The notes beneath the pieces were generated by a model that was not told where the DNA came from, did not search any database, and saw only the letters and a program-made list of their open reading frames with translations. A DNA stretch of 63,999 nucleotides, the filler included, from Basidiobolus ranarum (taxonomy: Eukaryota): the NCBI GenBank assembly GCA_040143965.1. It is 22 parts of 22 records of this genome, joined end to end, with 100 filler letters (N's around TTAATTAATTAA, not from the genome) between each part and the next. Parts side by side here need not be neighbours in the genome. Positions count along the whole stretch, not along the records: positions 38,026 to 40,844 come from JASJQH010009828.1; positions 40,945 to 43,763 come from JASJQH010009829.1; positions 43,864 to 46,679 come from JASJQH010009830.1; positions 46,780 to 49,594 come from JASJQH010009831.1; positions 49,695 to 52,509 come from JASJQH010009832.1; 17 more parts are not named here. One strand, given 5' to 3'. Every line of letters begins with the position of its first letter. Position 1 is the stretch's first letter. Of the stretch, positions 38,026 through 52,210 are shown piece by piece. The position numbers were made by a program, and so were the translations under genes.

Positions 38026-40844
38026 ACAAGAAAAATCTGATACACTCCCAGCTCACCACCAATATGATTGCCCTATAGATCTACAAGAAGAAAACAACCA
38101 CTATTTGGGCTTGTCTATAGGCTGACCTGGCCAAATCTCAACATTTTGAAAGAGCACATGCATAAAACTATGAGAAAGGGTTTACCCAATATTCAAAGCC
38201 TCAAGCAAGCTCTCCATTCTTATTGGTTAAGTGAAGGATGGATCCTCCATCTCTGTGTTGATTATTGATGCCTAAATAGCATTACAGTCAAAAATTGGTA
38301 CCCCTTGCCATTAATCAACTCACTCTTGGATCAGTTTGCTTCAGCCTAGTTATTTACTGTTAAAGTATTCGGGAACCTGTTGCAAGTGGTTTCAAGAATT
38401 AGAGATATTGGTGGTTTTCACTTACTGATTTATTGAATAGAAAGTTGACATTGATAGTTTGTCAAGATGTAAACAAACCAATGTGTAGAATGTGTTAAGT
38501 AAGGTCCCAGAAACATGTGTGCAAAGCTTGGGGCTTCTAGCCAAGTTTGAAAAATCTATATATATGAGAACATCTAAGTTGGTAAATATATTCCAATTAA
38601 ATTCAGATTGAGAATAATGGATGATATCTTAGTGAATTATAAGATTTCTAAGTATTAAACTATATATGGCTATACAGGTGTTTAGGCCAAGCTAATTTCA
38701 GCACTCTCCCTGAACTAAATAGTCTTACAAACTAATCCTAATAAAGGTCTAGATTTCTCAAAATTTCTGTCTAATTAATGTTTGATTGATATATCAGATA
38801 TCATGTCTTTGGTAGAGCAATAAGCTAAGTCACTAAACTTATTTCCTAGTCTCTCTAGTGAAGTGATGATTGACATCAATGTGTTTGCTTTTATCATCAA
38901 ACATGGGCTTTCTAGCTAATTTGATTCAACTTTGATTATCTTGAGATATTGTAATTGGTGAATTTTGAGATTAACCCAAATCTGTTAAGAATTTTCTTAA
39001 CCATATTGCTTCTTTTGTTGCTTCACATGTAGCCATGTATTCAGCTTCTGTTGTTGAAAGTGCTGCCATAGGTTGTTTCTTTGAATTCCAAGAAATAGCT
39101 TCCATATAGCCAAGAAATAACTGTCCTGTTGTAGATCTCATGTCTTCAATATATCTTCCCCAATTTGCATCTGAATATCCCATCAGATCAAGGTTTGCTC
39201 CAGAACATGTGTATTTTAAGCCCAAATCAATGGTACCTTTCAAATATCTGAAAATCCACTTAACTGCTACAATTTGATCAGATTAATAATTTTTAGATAT
39301 TGGCACATAACTCCCACAGAATATACAACATCTGGCTATGTTTCAGTTGAAGTTTAGTGTCTTTATTATATTTGTTATATCTACATTTATACACCTATAT
39401 ATTTCATATATCACATATAAGTTAGTCAACATTACTTAGTCAAATATCACTTAACTGCAAATTGGAACATATATTATATATAAATGTGAATTATATCAGA
39501 ATTAGCAATTCCATATTGGAAATTTCAAACTTGTCTAAATTGCCCCAAAAATAGCTCATTTTACTCCCACAGATGTTCTGAACACAACCCCAGTGTTAAC
39601 TTTCTGTATTTGCATCAAAATGTACAAATGCTTCATTTCTAGACAATACATAATTATCTCAAAAAGCTACTCACTACTCCACTTTTCTAAAGTTCCTCCA
39701 AACAGCTCATATTTTTCCCAATATGTTATGAGCCCCATGCTCTAACCTTTACAACATGACAGAAACCACTACTACTGCTTTTATTAACTCAAGTGTTGAA
39801 AAGCTTGATGGAGAAAATTTCAATTTCTGCAAGTTCAAGATGCAAATCATGATGGAAGTCAGGGAGTTTTAGGATGTAGTCTCTGGAGATGAAAAGGAAC
39901 CTTCTGACCCTTCTTTATTGGCAGCCTACAAGAAAAGAGACAAGCAGGCCTTTAATGTCATTTGACAGAGTTTGAAGGATTCACAACTTGTGAGTATTCA
40001 ATATGCAAAGACTTCCCATCAAGCTTAGACTATAAGAAAAAGTCACTATAACTCTTCTAAGTAGTCTACCAGAACAGTATTAAAACTTGGTCACAGCTTT
40101 GAAAGCAAGCTTTTACAGGTTGTCTTTGGAGTTTGTGGTGGCAAGGCTAATGGATCAACACCTCAGAAGTAGGAAATTGGAAAAAGAATCTGAGCAAGTG
40201 GCTCTTTTTGGAGCTGGAAAATGTAGCTTTGACAAGTCCAGAGGTTACGAAAGAAGGAATCTAGGTTTATGCTATGGTTATAACAAACCAGTGCACCAGT
40301 TAAAAGATTGCAAATCAAGGAAATACAACAAAAAAGAGAAATCCGAACAAGCAAGTCTGGTGTCAGCCAAAGATATAGTTTTATTCATTTCTGCCCTATC
40401 AGTGACCTGTGAACAAGACTGTAGGTGGTGGTATTTTGATTTTGGAGCCTCTTAATGTTTCTCTACTCAAAAAAACCTGGTTTAAGACACTCAAACTGAC
40501 ATAAACAAGGAGGTTTATATAGGAGATGACCTGCCACTAGGAGCTCTAGGAGCGCAAAAAATTGAAGTGGATCTTGGGGCATCTCTGGTGACATGTATTT
40601 GACACTGAAAAAAATACTACATGTGCCCGGGATAGCAAAACATTTGTTAGCAGTGAGTAAAGCTACATCTGTGGAATATAGCTCAAATTCTGATCAAAAC
40701 AGCTGGAGAATCAAGGATCAAAAAGGAAATTATGTAGCTTCTGGAGCTAAGCAAAATAACTTGTATAAACTTCATTATATTAGGCCAGTATATGAGCAAG
40801 TTAATACTGCCTCAGCTGAAGAGATAGACTGGAAAATCTGGCAT
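38026..40844. mobile_element. Nested TE relics: gypsy RT start, copia 3' end (-, 38390-39340), copia LTR 39345-39723, PBS and gag (+)
   Basis: GYSDANWG, ALSTTEAEY, PBS GTTATGAGCCC; gag homologous to 33194-33980. Confidence 0.85.
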
Positions 40845-40944
40845 NNNNNNNNNNNNNNNNNNNNNNNNNNNNNNNNNNNNNNNNNNNNTTAATTAATTAA
40901 NNNNNNNNNNNNNNNNNNNNNNNNNNNNNNNNNNNNNNNNNNNN

Positions 40945-41210
40945 TGATGCTCCATTTTATCCTCGTGGACATGCCATTTGTATGGGGTGTATGGCACTTG
41001 GTTGGATTTCGGCCTTGATTTTCAAATGGCTATTGATCCGGGAGAACAAGAGACGCGACGCATTGACACCTGAGCAGTATGATGAAGAGTGTAGTTGCAT
41101 CGAGCCAGCTGATTGGGTAAGTATACTTTGGTCTATCCGATTAAACCAGTTCTAAACTAACTAACCATCTAACCATATTACAGCATCCTGATTTCCGCTA
41201 TATCTCTTAA
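40945..41210 (+). CDS. MFS transporter (anion:cation symporter/allantoate-permease-like), C-terminal exons; intron 41117-41183
   Basis: DAPFYPRGHAICMG...LIRENKRRD...EPADW|HPDFRYIS*, the typical Dal5/Tna1-family C-terminus. Confidence 0.85.
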
Positions 41211-44200
41211 TCACGTAATCGAAGACATGTTATAATTCGTACTTGATGGACTGGGTGTTTCAACATATGACTGTGATATATCGTTATTTACATGCAACAC
41301 TGTCTTGTTAACACTAACAATCATATTAGTATGTGAGAGGACTGGTAAAGACAACTTTTGCCACTGACCTTGAAGTATAACTAGGAAAAGGGCGTTCTTT
41401 GAACTACACGGGATGTTGTAAATATATCCGCTGCATCTTATGATAGCATCATGAATGTTCTCAATATGATGTAAATAAAGTCAAGACACTACTCAGTTAC
41501 AAATAATAAACAGTCATTTACACAGCCACAAGTAGGGATTCTAACCTAAAAGTGTTTTTAATTCAGTTACACATTCTAAGACGCCAACTCTGTTTCATGG
41601 GATAATTTACATTCACTCAAGTGCATTCCACTAAGGGGTAATGCTGACATGTTAAGCTAAAAAATTGCCATACTCATATGCTTATGTCCATCACAGTGCA
41701 CAGATAAAGCAAGAGATCTAACTTAAATCTGAAGAACATTCATGCAAGAGTATTCACATCAGTACTAGCATATACATGAAACTGAGCATGGTGAGGTAAG
41801 CATCGCAATATCTACAATACTGGTATATACAACATTCTGCACGGAAAGAAATCAACACTCGAGAAACATGTCGGATACGGTCGGAATGGGATCAAATCTC
41901 AGTGGTCTATAGCAGTATAGCAATTATACATATCAGTAACACCGGTACGCATAAATACAAGCAAACTATAAAAATTGCAGTAGGTTTCAAGCTCAAGATT
42001 TATAGAGCAGGAGAAAATTCTTCTCAATGCATATAATAGTTTAGCCGAAACTTTATGTGATCATTCAGTAGGGCTATGTTGATGGTATCCATTTCATCCT
42101 GGTTGGAAAGTATGTTGGATCTGGTACACTACTCAGAAGCGATCAACCTTCAACAAACTAGCTTGCATGTGTTTATCAATAGAAACCTTACATAGTTGGG
42201 ACATTGATCTCCTGCTAGAATATGCTACTCTCTAGTTAATTAATTGGTTTCGTGATCTGGTCAAGATGAAGAATGACAAGGGATACATGCCGAGAGATTT
42301 ACTCAACAAATTCTCTGAATCGAACAGGATTCATACAAAATAGCAAACATCTATACTGACAAGAATGCCAGTTGATGCATTATTTTTGATATCGCTGACA
42401 CTCAAAAGCTAAGATAGAGATCAGTTTCCAAATGAAACATAAAGAATGCCTATAGCATTGCGCTAATTAATGGCGTCTTACCAGTTATCTAAGGACGAGG
42501 TCGACCAATCCCTAATTGGCAGCGTAGCTTGAATAGCGACACTTATTTCATCGAGCTCCCACACTAGACTTGATATATTATTGTAGCAATGCAGCACACT
42601 TTTTAAACTCTGATCTTGAGTATCATATCCAATCCTAATCCAATGGAAATGGTCAATGATTCTCTTATGATACATCAATATAATTCCTTCGATTGTAGGG
42701 TCTGCACCAGTTGTGTTAGCACAGTAGAGTTCTGTCAAACGTCCAATTGGCTTTATTCGAATGCAGATTTGAAGCACATTACTGAATTCAGTCTGTTGAA
42801 CTAAGAAAGACTGCTTGTACCCTTTGGGTATATTATGCACTATAATATATGCCATACTAACCCTAATTACGGAGTATCCTCAACTGTGGATATTTTCATC
42901 TTGATTTAACAACAATCCTTCAGTGACTTGTTTGATCAGTCTTTCATGACATGCTACTCAAGCTTAACAAGGAGCCCTCAAGTAACCGTTAGGTACAAAG
43001 AAAAGTTGCACATATATGGCAACAGTTACATCTAGTAATTATGCAGCTACTTGTCAAGTATTTATTGAACCATTGGCATTTATATTACATCCTAAATACT
43101 TTCAAATAGCTATGAGCAATTGCACTTATAGACTAACTCTGTACACAATATAGAAAGCTTATATTAGGGTTTTATATGCCTAAACAATATCATATAAGAA
43201 TTGAGTAGCTTAGTATTAGGGCTTCCTGCTAGAGATGAAGGTCACAGATTGAACTCCAGGCCAGACTAATATTCTTTGCAATTACCTTGAGCAGGTAATA
43301 CAAACATAATACACTGTTACAAGTAATTACCATTCTCCTGTGTTATGATATGCCGGAAAGATTAGGCCATCTAAATTTGTGTTGTGCTGGGAATCATAAA
43401 GAATCAAAATATAAAAGAATGCATTCACTTTTAGGATAAAATCACACATAAGCAGACGATAAGTCCGCCACCACATTGCCATGGTTGAATTTGATACCAA
43501 TAGCCCAGGTGATTGAAACATTTGTTTTTGAATCCTACTCAACAACCTAAAATCCCAACGCCCATAACCCCTTGAACTACTCGCCCAACTGCATTACATC
43601 GGATATTGAAAAGATCTGTATTGGTAACCATACGAAAATACAAATTCGAAGATAAATAATATGACTGTTGTAGTACGCTTGAATCAGAATGATCATAAGT
43701 AGTCCTATAGAGGGTGTACACAAAGATATCCTGCACCACTGCCGTGCAGTATTGCCTTGGAAANNNNNNNNNNNNNNNNNNNNNNNNNNNNNNNNNNNNN
43801 NNNNNNNTTAATTAATTAANNNNNNNNNNNNNNNNNNNNNNNNNNNNNNNNNNNNNNNNNNNNAAAATGTATAAATGCTTAATTTCTGGTCAATAAATAA
43901 TTATCTCACAAAGCTATTCACAACTCCACTTTTCTAAAGTTCCTCCAAACAGCCCATATTTTCCCAATAATTTCTTCCAAATATAACATCTGACTTAACT
44001 TTATATGAGATAATAGGTGTATAATCCAAAAATATTTTAGTGAAATATGGAATACTAGATACTAAGCTATATATGCCTATATATATGTTAAGTCTATGAC
44101 AACTTCAACACCAGTTATCAACAAAGATTCTGGCCAAAGTATCTTCACTATTTAGTCTTTTTTTGTCTTGTGACCTATACCCAAGTACTTTCCTGCTTTT

Positions 44201-45237
44201 GAGCCACTTGTCTTAGCCTATAGACCTTGTCCAGTTTCTTGTTGTGACAGTAGTATTCTACAAATAAAGATATTAAATGTTAGCAGATTCTCTTAACAGT
44301 ATAGCTACAGCTCAGGCACACTCCAGATGATATACATTCTAGATTTACTTGTACTCTATATTTGAAACACTATCTGCCTAAGTTTTCTTCTATAATTCCA
44401 TCAAATCCAAGAGCATTGTACCTGAAATTATAGGAGAATGCTAAATAAATGGAAACACAAAGGTATCATTAAAGTCAGAAGCATGCTCACCTCAAAAAGT
44501 GGAATGTATGCAAAGATGGTATGTATAATACAAACAGCTAAAAGCTGGAAATTTATAGGAAGAAACAATGCAAATGTCTTGAAATATAACTGCAAATCTA
44601 CAAATAGAATGCTCAAGCTTAAAAACAACCAAAAGCACTTTACTAATTTGGTGTACATAGTGTTAGGGTATATCTAGAGTTTACTGAGATCATATAGAAG
44701 AACAGTGCTGAAATATATTTTCCATTCTTATGTTCTACAAATTGCCATAAGAGAACAGAATAGCAAGCAAGTGTATGTCACTTCAGTTGAGAAATCTTCA
44801 TTGCTAGGATTCCTTACATCCAGTGATTGCCTGTCTGGTGTGAGTACCGCTTCATTTTCTGTTTCTGCACAAGAAATATTCATTCACTGATTTCAAAGAT
44901 CCGAATTATTATGCATTATTTGATATGAAATAAGTTATGCAGAAAACTACAATAGTAAGACTGTTTTGGTACCATTAACCACAAATCACTATCGGCTGTA
45001 ATATATTTTCTATTTTCTTTGAATTTGTCCAACTTCACTGTTGAGTAGATCAATATTAACTCCAATTTTTATCCTAGGTTGCTATAATCAATAATGACGA
45101 TAACGGATTTTTTTCCAAGTTGACCCAATTTATTGATCCCGGGCACTTGATAATAATTTTTTTACTCATCAATATCGAAGTATTATCACGTCTGAGCTAC
45201 ATCGTTTCCCGTGCAGTCGTCGAACACTGTAGTAGAG

Positions 45238-46627
45238 ATGGGTATTCTTGAGAAAATTGGTGAGATCGAGAGAGAAATCTCTCGTACTCAAAAGAATAAA
45301 GGTAAATGTTTAGTATGAGTATATTGATGCTTGGTCTTTCTTTACTTATATTGCGGTAACTTTACTCGTTAGCTACCGAACAACATCTTGGTATCTTGAA
45401 GGCCAAATTAGCGAAATATCGTTTACAACTTTTGGAACCCAAAGCTGTCAGTGCTAAGGTAGAGCTGTTCTGTTTTTGTGCCATGTTTATATAAAAACAA
45501 TGTATTGAACGTATTCTACTATTTTCACAAACTTTCTTTGCTGGAAACATCAGGGTGAAGGTTTTGATGTGATGAAATCTGGCGATGCTCGTGTGGCTTT
45601 GATCGGTTTTCCGTCTGTAGGTAAGTCAACTTTGTTAGGAAAGTTGACCGAAACCCACTCCGAGGCCGCATCATACGAGTTTACCACCCTTACTTGTATT
45701 CCTGGTAAGATTGAATACAATGGTGCTAGCATTCAGTTGTTAGATTTGCCTGGTATTATTGAGGGAGCCGCCCAAGGTATGATCAGTATACTTAGACTTA
45801 TTCCTGAAATTCATCTCAGAAGCTCACTTCACAGTTTTTGTTAGGTAAGGGTCGTGGTCGTCAGGTAATTGCTGTCGCTCGTACTGCCGATCTTGTTCTT
45901 ATCATTCTTGATGCCACCAAAAGTCATCAGCAAAAGTACGTTCACCTTTATTCATCCACATTGACTCCTTATCTAACTAAAGATATCAACCAGGATGCTT
46001 CTTGAGGCTGAACTAGAGGCGGTAGGCATCCGCCTAAATCGTCAGAAGCCTAATATCTATTTCAAGGTACATCATTATTCCTGACTATGAATCTGGTTTT
46101 GAAACTGTTACTAATCAATGCGATTCAGGTCAAAAAAGGTGGCGGTTTTAGCTTCAACGCTACATGCAAACTCACCCATCTTACCCAAAAACTTGCCCAA
46201 CAAATTCTCCATGATTATAGTATCCTTTTTATGTGTGGGCTTTCGATCTGTATTGTATTAGAGTGAAATCCTTAACCTGTGTGTTTTTCTTTTCATCTGA
46301 TAAGAAATCTTCAATGCTGAGGTTCTTATTCGTGAAGATTGTACGGTGGATGAGTTCATTGACGTGGTGTTAGGAAATCGTAAATACCTTAACTGTCTAT
46401 ACGTAAGTTATTCCTTACTTGACATTGCTGAAGTGAAGACTAACCCCAATTCCTCTGCAGTGCTACAATAAAATTGATCAGATCACTATGGAAGAGGTCG
46501 ACAGAATCGCTCGTGAACCTCACACCGTCATTGTCAGTTGTGAAAGTGATCTCAATTTGGATACTCTTGTAGAACGTATCTGGAAGGAGTTGAATCTGCT
46601 TCGTGTTTACACCAAGAAGCGTGGTGG
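45238..46627 (+). CDS. RBG2: Developmentally regulated GTP-binding protein 2 (Obg family), multi-intron, 3' truncated
   Basis: [28 protein letters not shown]...[21 protein letters not shown]...YEFTTLT...[14 protein letters not shown]2-type N-terminus. Confidence 0.93.
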
Positions 46628-46825
46628 TAAGTGGAGTTTGTTGTTAGTATGCATCTGTTCTATCGTTGCTTTCAATTTANNNNNNNNNNNNNNNNNNNNN
46701 NNNNNNNNNNNNNNNNNNNNNNNTTAATTAATTAANNNNNNNNNNNNNNNNNNNNNNNNNNNNNNNNNNNNNNNNNNNNTGGATATCACTGAATATTGTT
46801 ACATCTCCCTTAATCAACACACATC

Positions 46826-47706
46826 ATGAACTCATTGAATCCTAGTATGCAAGGGTCTCTGAGCTTGAATGAAGAAACTCACAATTCGAACCATCATAAA
46901 GAATCGACCAATAGCTACGAAAACTGTGATGATTCTGATGATCAACAACAGCATTATGCATTAGATCTACCCTCCGAGAGGCCAAAGCAACGTTACTGCT
47001 GTTGTCGGAGTCGCGCTGCAAAAATAGGAAGCTGTCTAGCTCTACTAGTAATATTAGTTGTAATTTGCGGTGTAACGATAATTTACAAGGCACAGAATCA
47101 TATTTTACTTGATATAAGAGAGTTCACCTTTTCTAATGCACATCAGACTGAACAACAATTAGTGAACTGGGCCAAGACCAATCCCACCAGCCTTAAAGAT
47201 CTTAGCCTAAGTAGCAATGCAGTAATGTACCTAAGTGGTTTTCATATAGGATTCATGGATGTCAAAGTGAAGAACATAGAAGTTGTGGTAAGCTTCATTG
47301 ACAATATCTATTATTCAAGTCTCATTGACAGAACACTAATCCATTGCTTTAGGGTATATTTGGCGAGGACACATTTTCCAAAGTAGGAGAAGGCGCTTTA
47401 ACCTATCCGATAACAACCAACCAAGAAGTTGGGATCTTCCCGATGCCATTCAAGTTTTCCTTCAGCGCCACTGACTCTGCTTCTACCTCTTCCCTGATTG
47501 ATGTGCTTGAAACTTGCGAGTTGGTGAATGGAACATCGACTTGGTACAAGAAGAAATATGAAGCCACCTTGGATACACCATTAATCAGTTGGACTGGTTA
47601 TAAACCTACAAAGGCCATATCTGGATGGACTGGTTGTCCCATCAATACATATACCCTTCCAAATGCTACTGCTATTAAACAGCTGTTAAATCAAATAATA
47701 AACTGA
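46826..47706 (+). CDS. Type II single-pass membrane protein, LEA_2-like ectodomain (intron 47288-47352)
   Basis: Polar N-terminus, RYCCCRSR, hydrophobic TM; GT-AG splice joins the two ORFs in frame. Confidence 0.7.
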
Positions 47707-48552
47707 TTATGGCACAACGGTGATTATAGCAGAACGGGCAATTCAGATGGATTAAACTCTAGAGTAATCTAAAAAATTTGTTTGTTGAATTATAGTATAG
47801 AGGTCGCGCAAACATAGGCATAAGAGGAAACCACGATGACGCTCAATTTCATTAGTATCTATCTAATCAGCCCACGAGTAACTAGATAGCCACTTTATAT
47901 TAGATGTATGAATCCAAAGAACATTCCAATGAATATTCAGAAAACTTTTCAATCACTTCCCTTTATAGGGATGACTGCAAATATTGAGTAAGACCCTCTT
48001 CTCTATCTTTGTGTAACTTATCAAACACTTGGTTCAGCCTACCTTGTCTCTACTTGGTCAGTATTTAATCAAACTAACAATATCATAGTTATCGTACACA
48101 TACATCTACAGCTAGAATCCTCAGGAGTTTAACATATTAGATACGCTCTCTCAGAAGCCAAAGTGATATCGCTATTGAGGTTGTGCTTCGAAATAGGCAT
48201 TCTTATGATCACTTTCTTTTACTGAATTTTATTAATTACCTGATCTAAGCGTACTATCTCAATATCGTTTAACCATAACCTAACCCCAAGATCCACTGGT
48301 TGTTACCATCATACCTGTACACTAATTCATATGCTCAAAAACTAGATCTACTGTAGCCACTTTGGACATGTCATTACAGTTGGATTGGTGATAAGCACAA
48401 GTACAGATTTTCGATGTTATATCGGTGCGTTGCCCCATCAGCTCCCCTCCCCATCAACCCTCATAGCATTCTGAATATTGTTGGTAAAGATGCCAGGGCT
48501 TCATCTAAATACTATATATATATGGTATATTAAAAACAATCTAGAGTTTAGG

Positions 48553-49074
48553 TTATTGATTTACAGTAGGATTTGGGGGTAAAGAAGTAGAGGATACTGA
48601 ATATTCTGGAGGCACTTGCTCAGAGGCGATGAGCGCGGCAGCTGGTCGCTCCATAGTAGAGGATATTCTACGATAGGCTGCATCATCAATCTTCTTCACT
48701 ATTGGAGCAAGTAAAACTGGTTGAGAACTACGCCGCGTATATACAGGTGGCTCTACTATAGTTTCATTTCTCTCACTTGATAAGTAATTCTGAATTGCAA
48801 GCTTTACTCTTCGCTTGGTTTCTTTGATTTGTCTCCACTTTTTCCACATCAGGTAACCGCCTGCAGCTATTGCAATGATAGGCAGAATAATGCTAAAGGA
48901 GATCGTAACATAGGGAACGGATTGCAAGTTATTCTCTTGCCAATCTTTAGCGAAAATGGTTGGATTTGTGTTTGTCGTATTAATAGCTGTATCTATACTA
49001 CCTATAGTTGGAAATGCGAAGAGTGTGTTGCTTGAACTCGATAAAGACAAGAGACATAGCAACTGCAGGATCAT
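48553..49074 (-). CDS. Type I membrane protein with signal peptide and cytosolic PY motifs (PPVY, PPEY)
   Basis: MILQLLCLLSLSS signal; TM VTISFSIILPIIAIAAGGYLMW followed by KKWR; two PPxY motifs. Confidence 0.75.
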   Translation of the reverse strand: MILQLLCLLSLSSSSNTLFAFPTIGSIDTAINTTNTNPTIFAKDWQENNLQSVPYVTISFSIILPIIAIAAGGYLMWKKWRQIKETKRRVKLAIQNYLSSERNETIVEPPVYTRRSSQPVLLAPIVKKIDDAAYRRISSTMERPAAALIASEQVPPEYSVSSTSLPPNPTVNQ

Positions 49075-49694
49075 TTGAGTCACTCCTGCTATTAAAGAAG
49101 TAGAGCTATCCCGATGTTAGAAAGTAATTACTTTGTGGTGAAGATTGGTAAGCTTTGGATATCAAAGGAAATGAATGCATAAGGAGACTACCTTTATATA
49201 CAGGAATAAGGTATTTTGATTATATCGTGGGAAAAGTGATGCTCTATATCCGATACATTTCTTGACTCAATACAGCATAGCAAAACCAGATGTAGCTTTG
49301 GTATAATCCCATTTCAGCCACAACTCAGATAAGGGATTTTTTTGGTAAATACTGCTAGTAATTGATAATCTTACAGCTCAACTTCTAATCGGAAATACTT
49401 GTTTGCGTGTGAACTACAATTCCGGAGTTGAATGGAATCGGATTAGTTGATATTCCCATCATGTGAGTGCTCTCTTCACGTGATTTTCAAGGGTGAGTGG
49501 CTTAGGGTTAGGGTGTAGCAATATTCAATATATATATATAGAATAGCAGAAAAAGAACATATTGGGGTTTGGGTAAATAATACTGTATTACCTTNNNNNN
49601 NNNNNNNNNNNNNNNNNNNNNNNNNNNNNNNNNNNNNNTTAATTAATTAANNNNNNNNNNNNNNNNNNNNNNNNNNNNNNNNNNNNNNNNNNNN

Positions 49695-52210
49695 TAGATA
49701 TTTTAGGCTTTGTATTCCAGCCATAATGGGAATCAAAAAATACAAGAATCTCATTGTGTTTAGTCTCTACTTATGCACATGCTTGACTGATCAGACATAA
49801 CTCAACAACATCAATATGCTTTACCAGAAAACTAAATGTGGAAAAATTGCTGAACATCTGAAATTTTGAGTAGCACTGACACTTGGCAAATAGCTAACTC
49901 TTGTTATTGTTCACAATGATAATAAGCTCTTGGATTTTGGCAAATTTCCATCAAGCATTCACCCCAGGTGCACTCCATTGGGAATGTCTACGCATTGTGA
50001 AAGATGCAGCAGGGAATGTATTGAATACTGGCATAGATTAATTCTATTTTCTTTAAGCCTGTAATTAAGTTTTCATATCCAATTACAAAATCATTGCACA
50101 GCCCTGTATCTGCCTGAGATCTGCCAATGTGAGTTGATGCCATAAGAATATGTTAACAGTATCCACAGACAAGGCCCAATGTTACCAATACTTATCAGGT
50201 TGAGATCTTTTTAAGATTCAAATTGAATATGTACAAATAAAATACTTCCAGTCTTTGCATTTAAATTAACACCTAGACAAGTGGATATTAATGGGAGACC
50301 TGGTAAAAATATGATGGTATCTTGATATTTTCAAGCATTTTCCCAATCAATTCAAATGTTGATCCAAACTTGAATAGCTCATTCATATTGAATTTCCCAC
50401 TATATGGCTGAATAAGTAGTATCTGAGTAAGTAGTATTGGAATGTTGTTGAATAGTAAGTACATAGTACCTAATGGGAAGCTCTGGCTCCAGCTGATCCC
50501 CTTTAGCAATATAATCTAGGGCTTATGGCTAATACCAAGTTTGATATTAGACTGACTATTAGGTGAGTTGATATCAGTGATCATATTGAAATCTGACTTG
50601 GCTCTTAATGGTAAAATCATGGAATTAAGTTTTGGATTTGCATACCAGTAATGCATATGCCTGATTGAGTCAACTCCATTGATTTGAAAAATCTGCAGCA
50701 AGATAGTGCATTGTGCAAATGAAAACCTCCAAGTTTAATGATGGCAGGAGTGTCTCCAATATGTACAATATTATAAGCTTTTATAAAATACTCACTCATC
50801 TGAACCCCATTAGATAACCATTCAAATTCTGCAATCAAAGGCTCCAAGGAGCTGTCTATAAGCACTGGTGATTTAGGTCTGGATATGATTGATAGTATTA
50901 ATATATTATGACTCTTATACCACACAGAAGGAGGAAGAGTTAAGTCAATTAAAATTATTGGCCAGCAAGCCTTTTCAATGATTATTTGTTTAGCAAGAGA
51001 CCATCCAGAGCCATTGCAAATGCATGATCATGTGTATTCTCAAAGAAACCTTGACTTTTCAGTTTCTGATAGTGATATACATCAAGTATATTGGTAATGC
51101 CATCAGCTTGATAGTGAGTACTTTGGTATTGGATTAATAATCAATTTTTGGGTGATTTCATGAAAACAATAAGATGGGGAATTAACAGTATGTAAGCCAA
51201 ATATGAATAATTATTACCAGATTCAGTGATTGCCAAATGTGAGCAAACAGTACATGACTTCAGGTTTATCAGATCACCATTGAAAGTCAAACAACCATCA
51301 GCACATGAAGGTAGTCTAATTTAGGAAGGATTATAAGTCATACAATCAACAAGAGTTTTCTACTTGTACCAGGACTTTGAGAAGCAACAGTTACCAATCA
51401 ACTATGGTAAAAGTGGAAGAAAACCAATGAACACCTGGTTGCTAATACTGTAATGAACTCTCCACACCTCAATAAACAAAGCTGCTTCAATTACTGTAAG
51501 TGTTATTAGTGGACTAATGCTTGCTGATAACAGAGAGTCCATAACAAATCGTAGTTTTCTTCTTCAACTTCTGATATACTACCATCAGTACTGGAATAAC
51601 CAAGGGCAACATCTAGCAGCATGTCCTCAAAGATGTCTGGACTTACTGGTATGACCAAAGTTGCATTTCTATCTACATCATTCTGGTCATATAACTGTGT
51701 TAACTCCACGGTATCTTGACTTTTGGCAGTGTTTCCAGAACTTTGAGGTAAAGTACAGTCAGTAAAGTCAGTGGGCAAAACTATAGTCAATTTTATGCAC
51801 TTATTACTGTTGATATTCACCAGGCTTTGTGCAGTTGGTGGCTTTGTACAGTGACAATTCTTGTTATTATTTTTTCTACAAAGCCTCTGGCTTTCATAGC
51901 ACAAGAATTTGTGACAATAACAGCAGGGCTTCCTTAAACATTTGTGTTGCAGCATGAAAAGGATATTGAAGAAAAAAGAACACTTCCTACATATAGGGTG
52001 GTATTTTAGGTATAGCCCATCAATATCATCAGCTGATTGAGAGATGGTGTCACAGATCAGTTATCAGGGGAATTACAAGATATTTCTGGTAATGGATGGC
52101 AATTTTGGTTTATTATGAGCTGTTTCTAGGCAATTTCCTTACACCAAGTTTACCATCTAAAAATACCAATGCCACTATAAAAGGGTTCAAAATCCAAGTC
52201 AAAATTGGCT
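49695..52210 (-). mobile_element. Longest decayed CACTA/En-Spm-like transposase copy
   Basis: Collinear with 20800-22200, 8845-9750 and 11029-11300. Confidence 0.78.

Noticed and set aside
42616-42804. Possible Ulp1/SENP-like protease remnant (HQYNSFDCRV resembles QxNxxDCG)
   Set aside because: Single short motif, no supporting His/Asp context or clean ORF
43200-43270. tRNA-like sequence
   Set aside because: No convincing cloverleaf or intact TTCRA loop
49501-49514. TTAGGG telomeric repeat
   Set aside because: Only two units, internal to a contig
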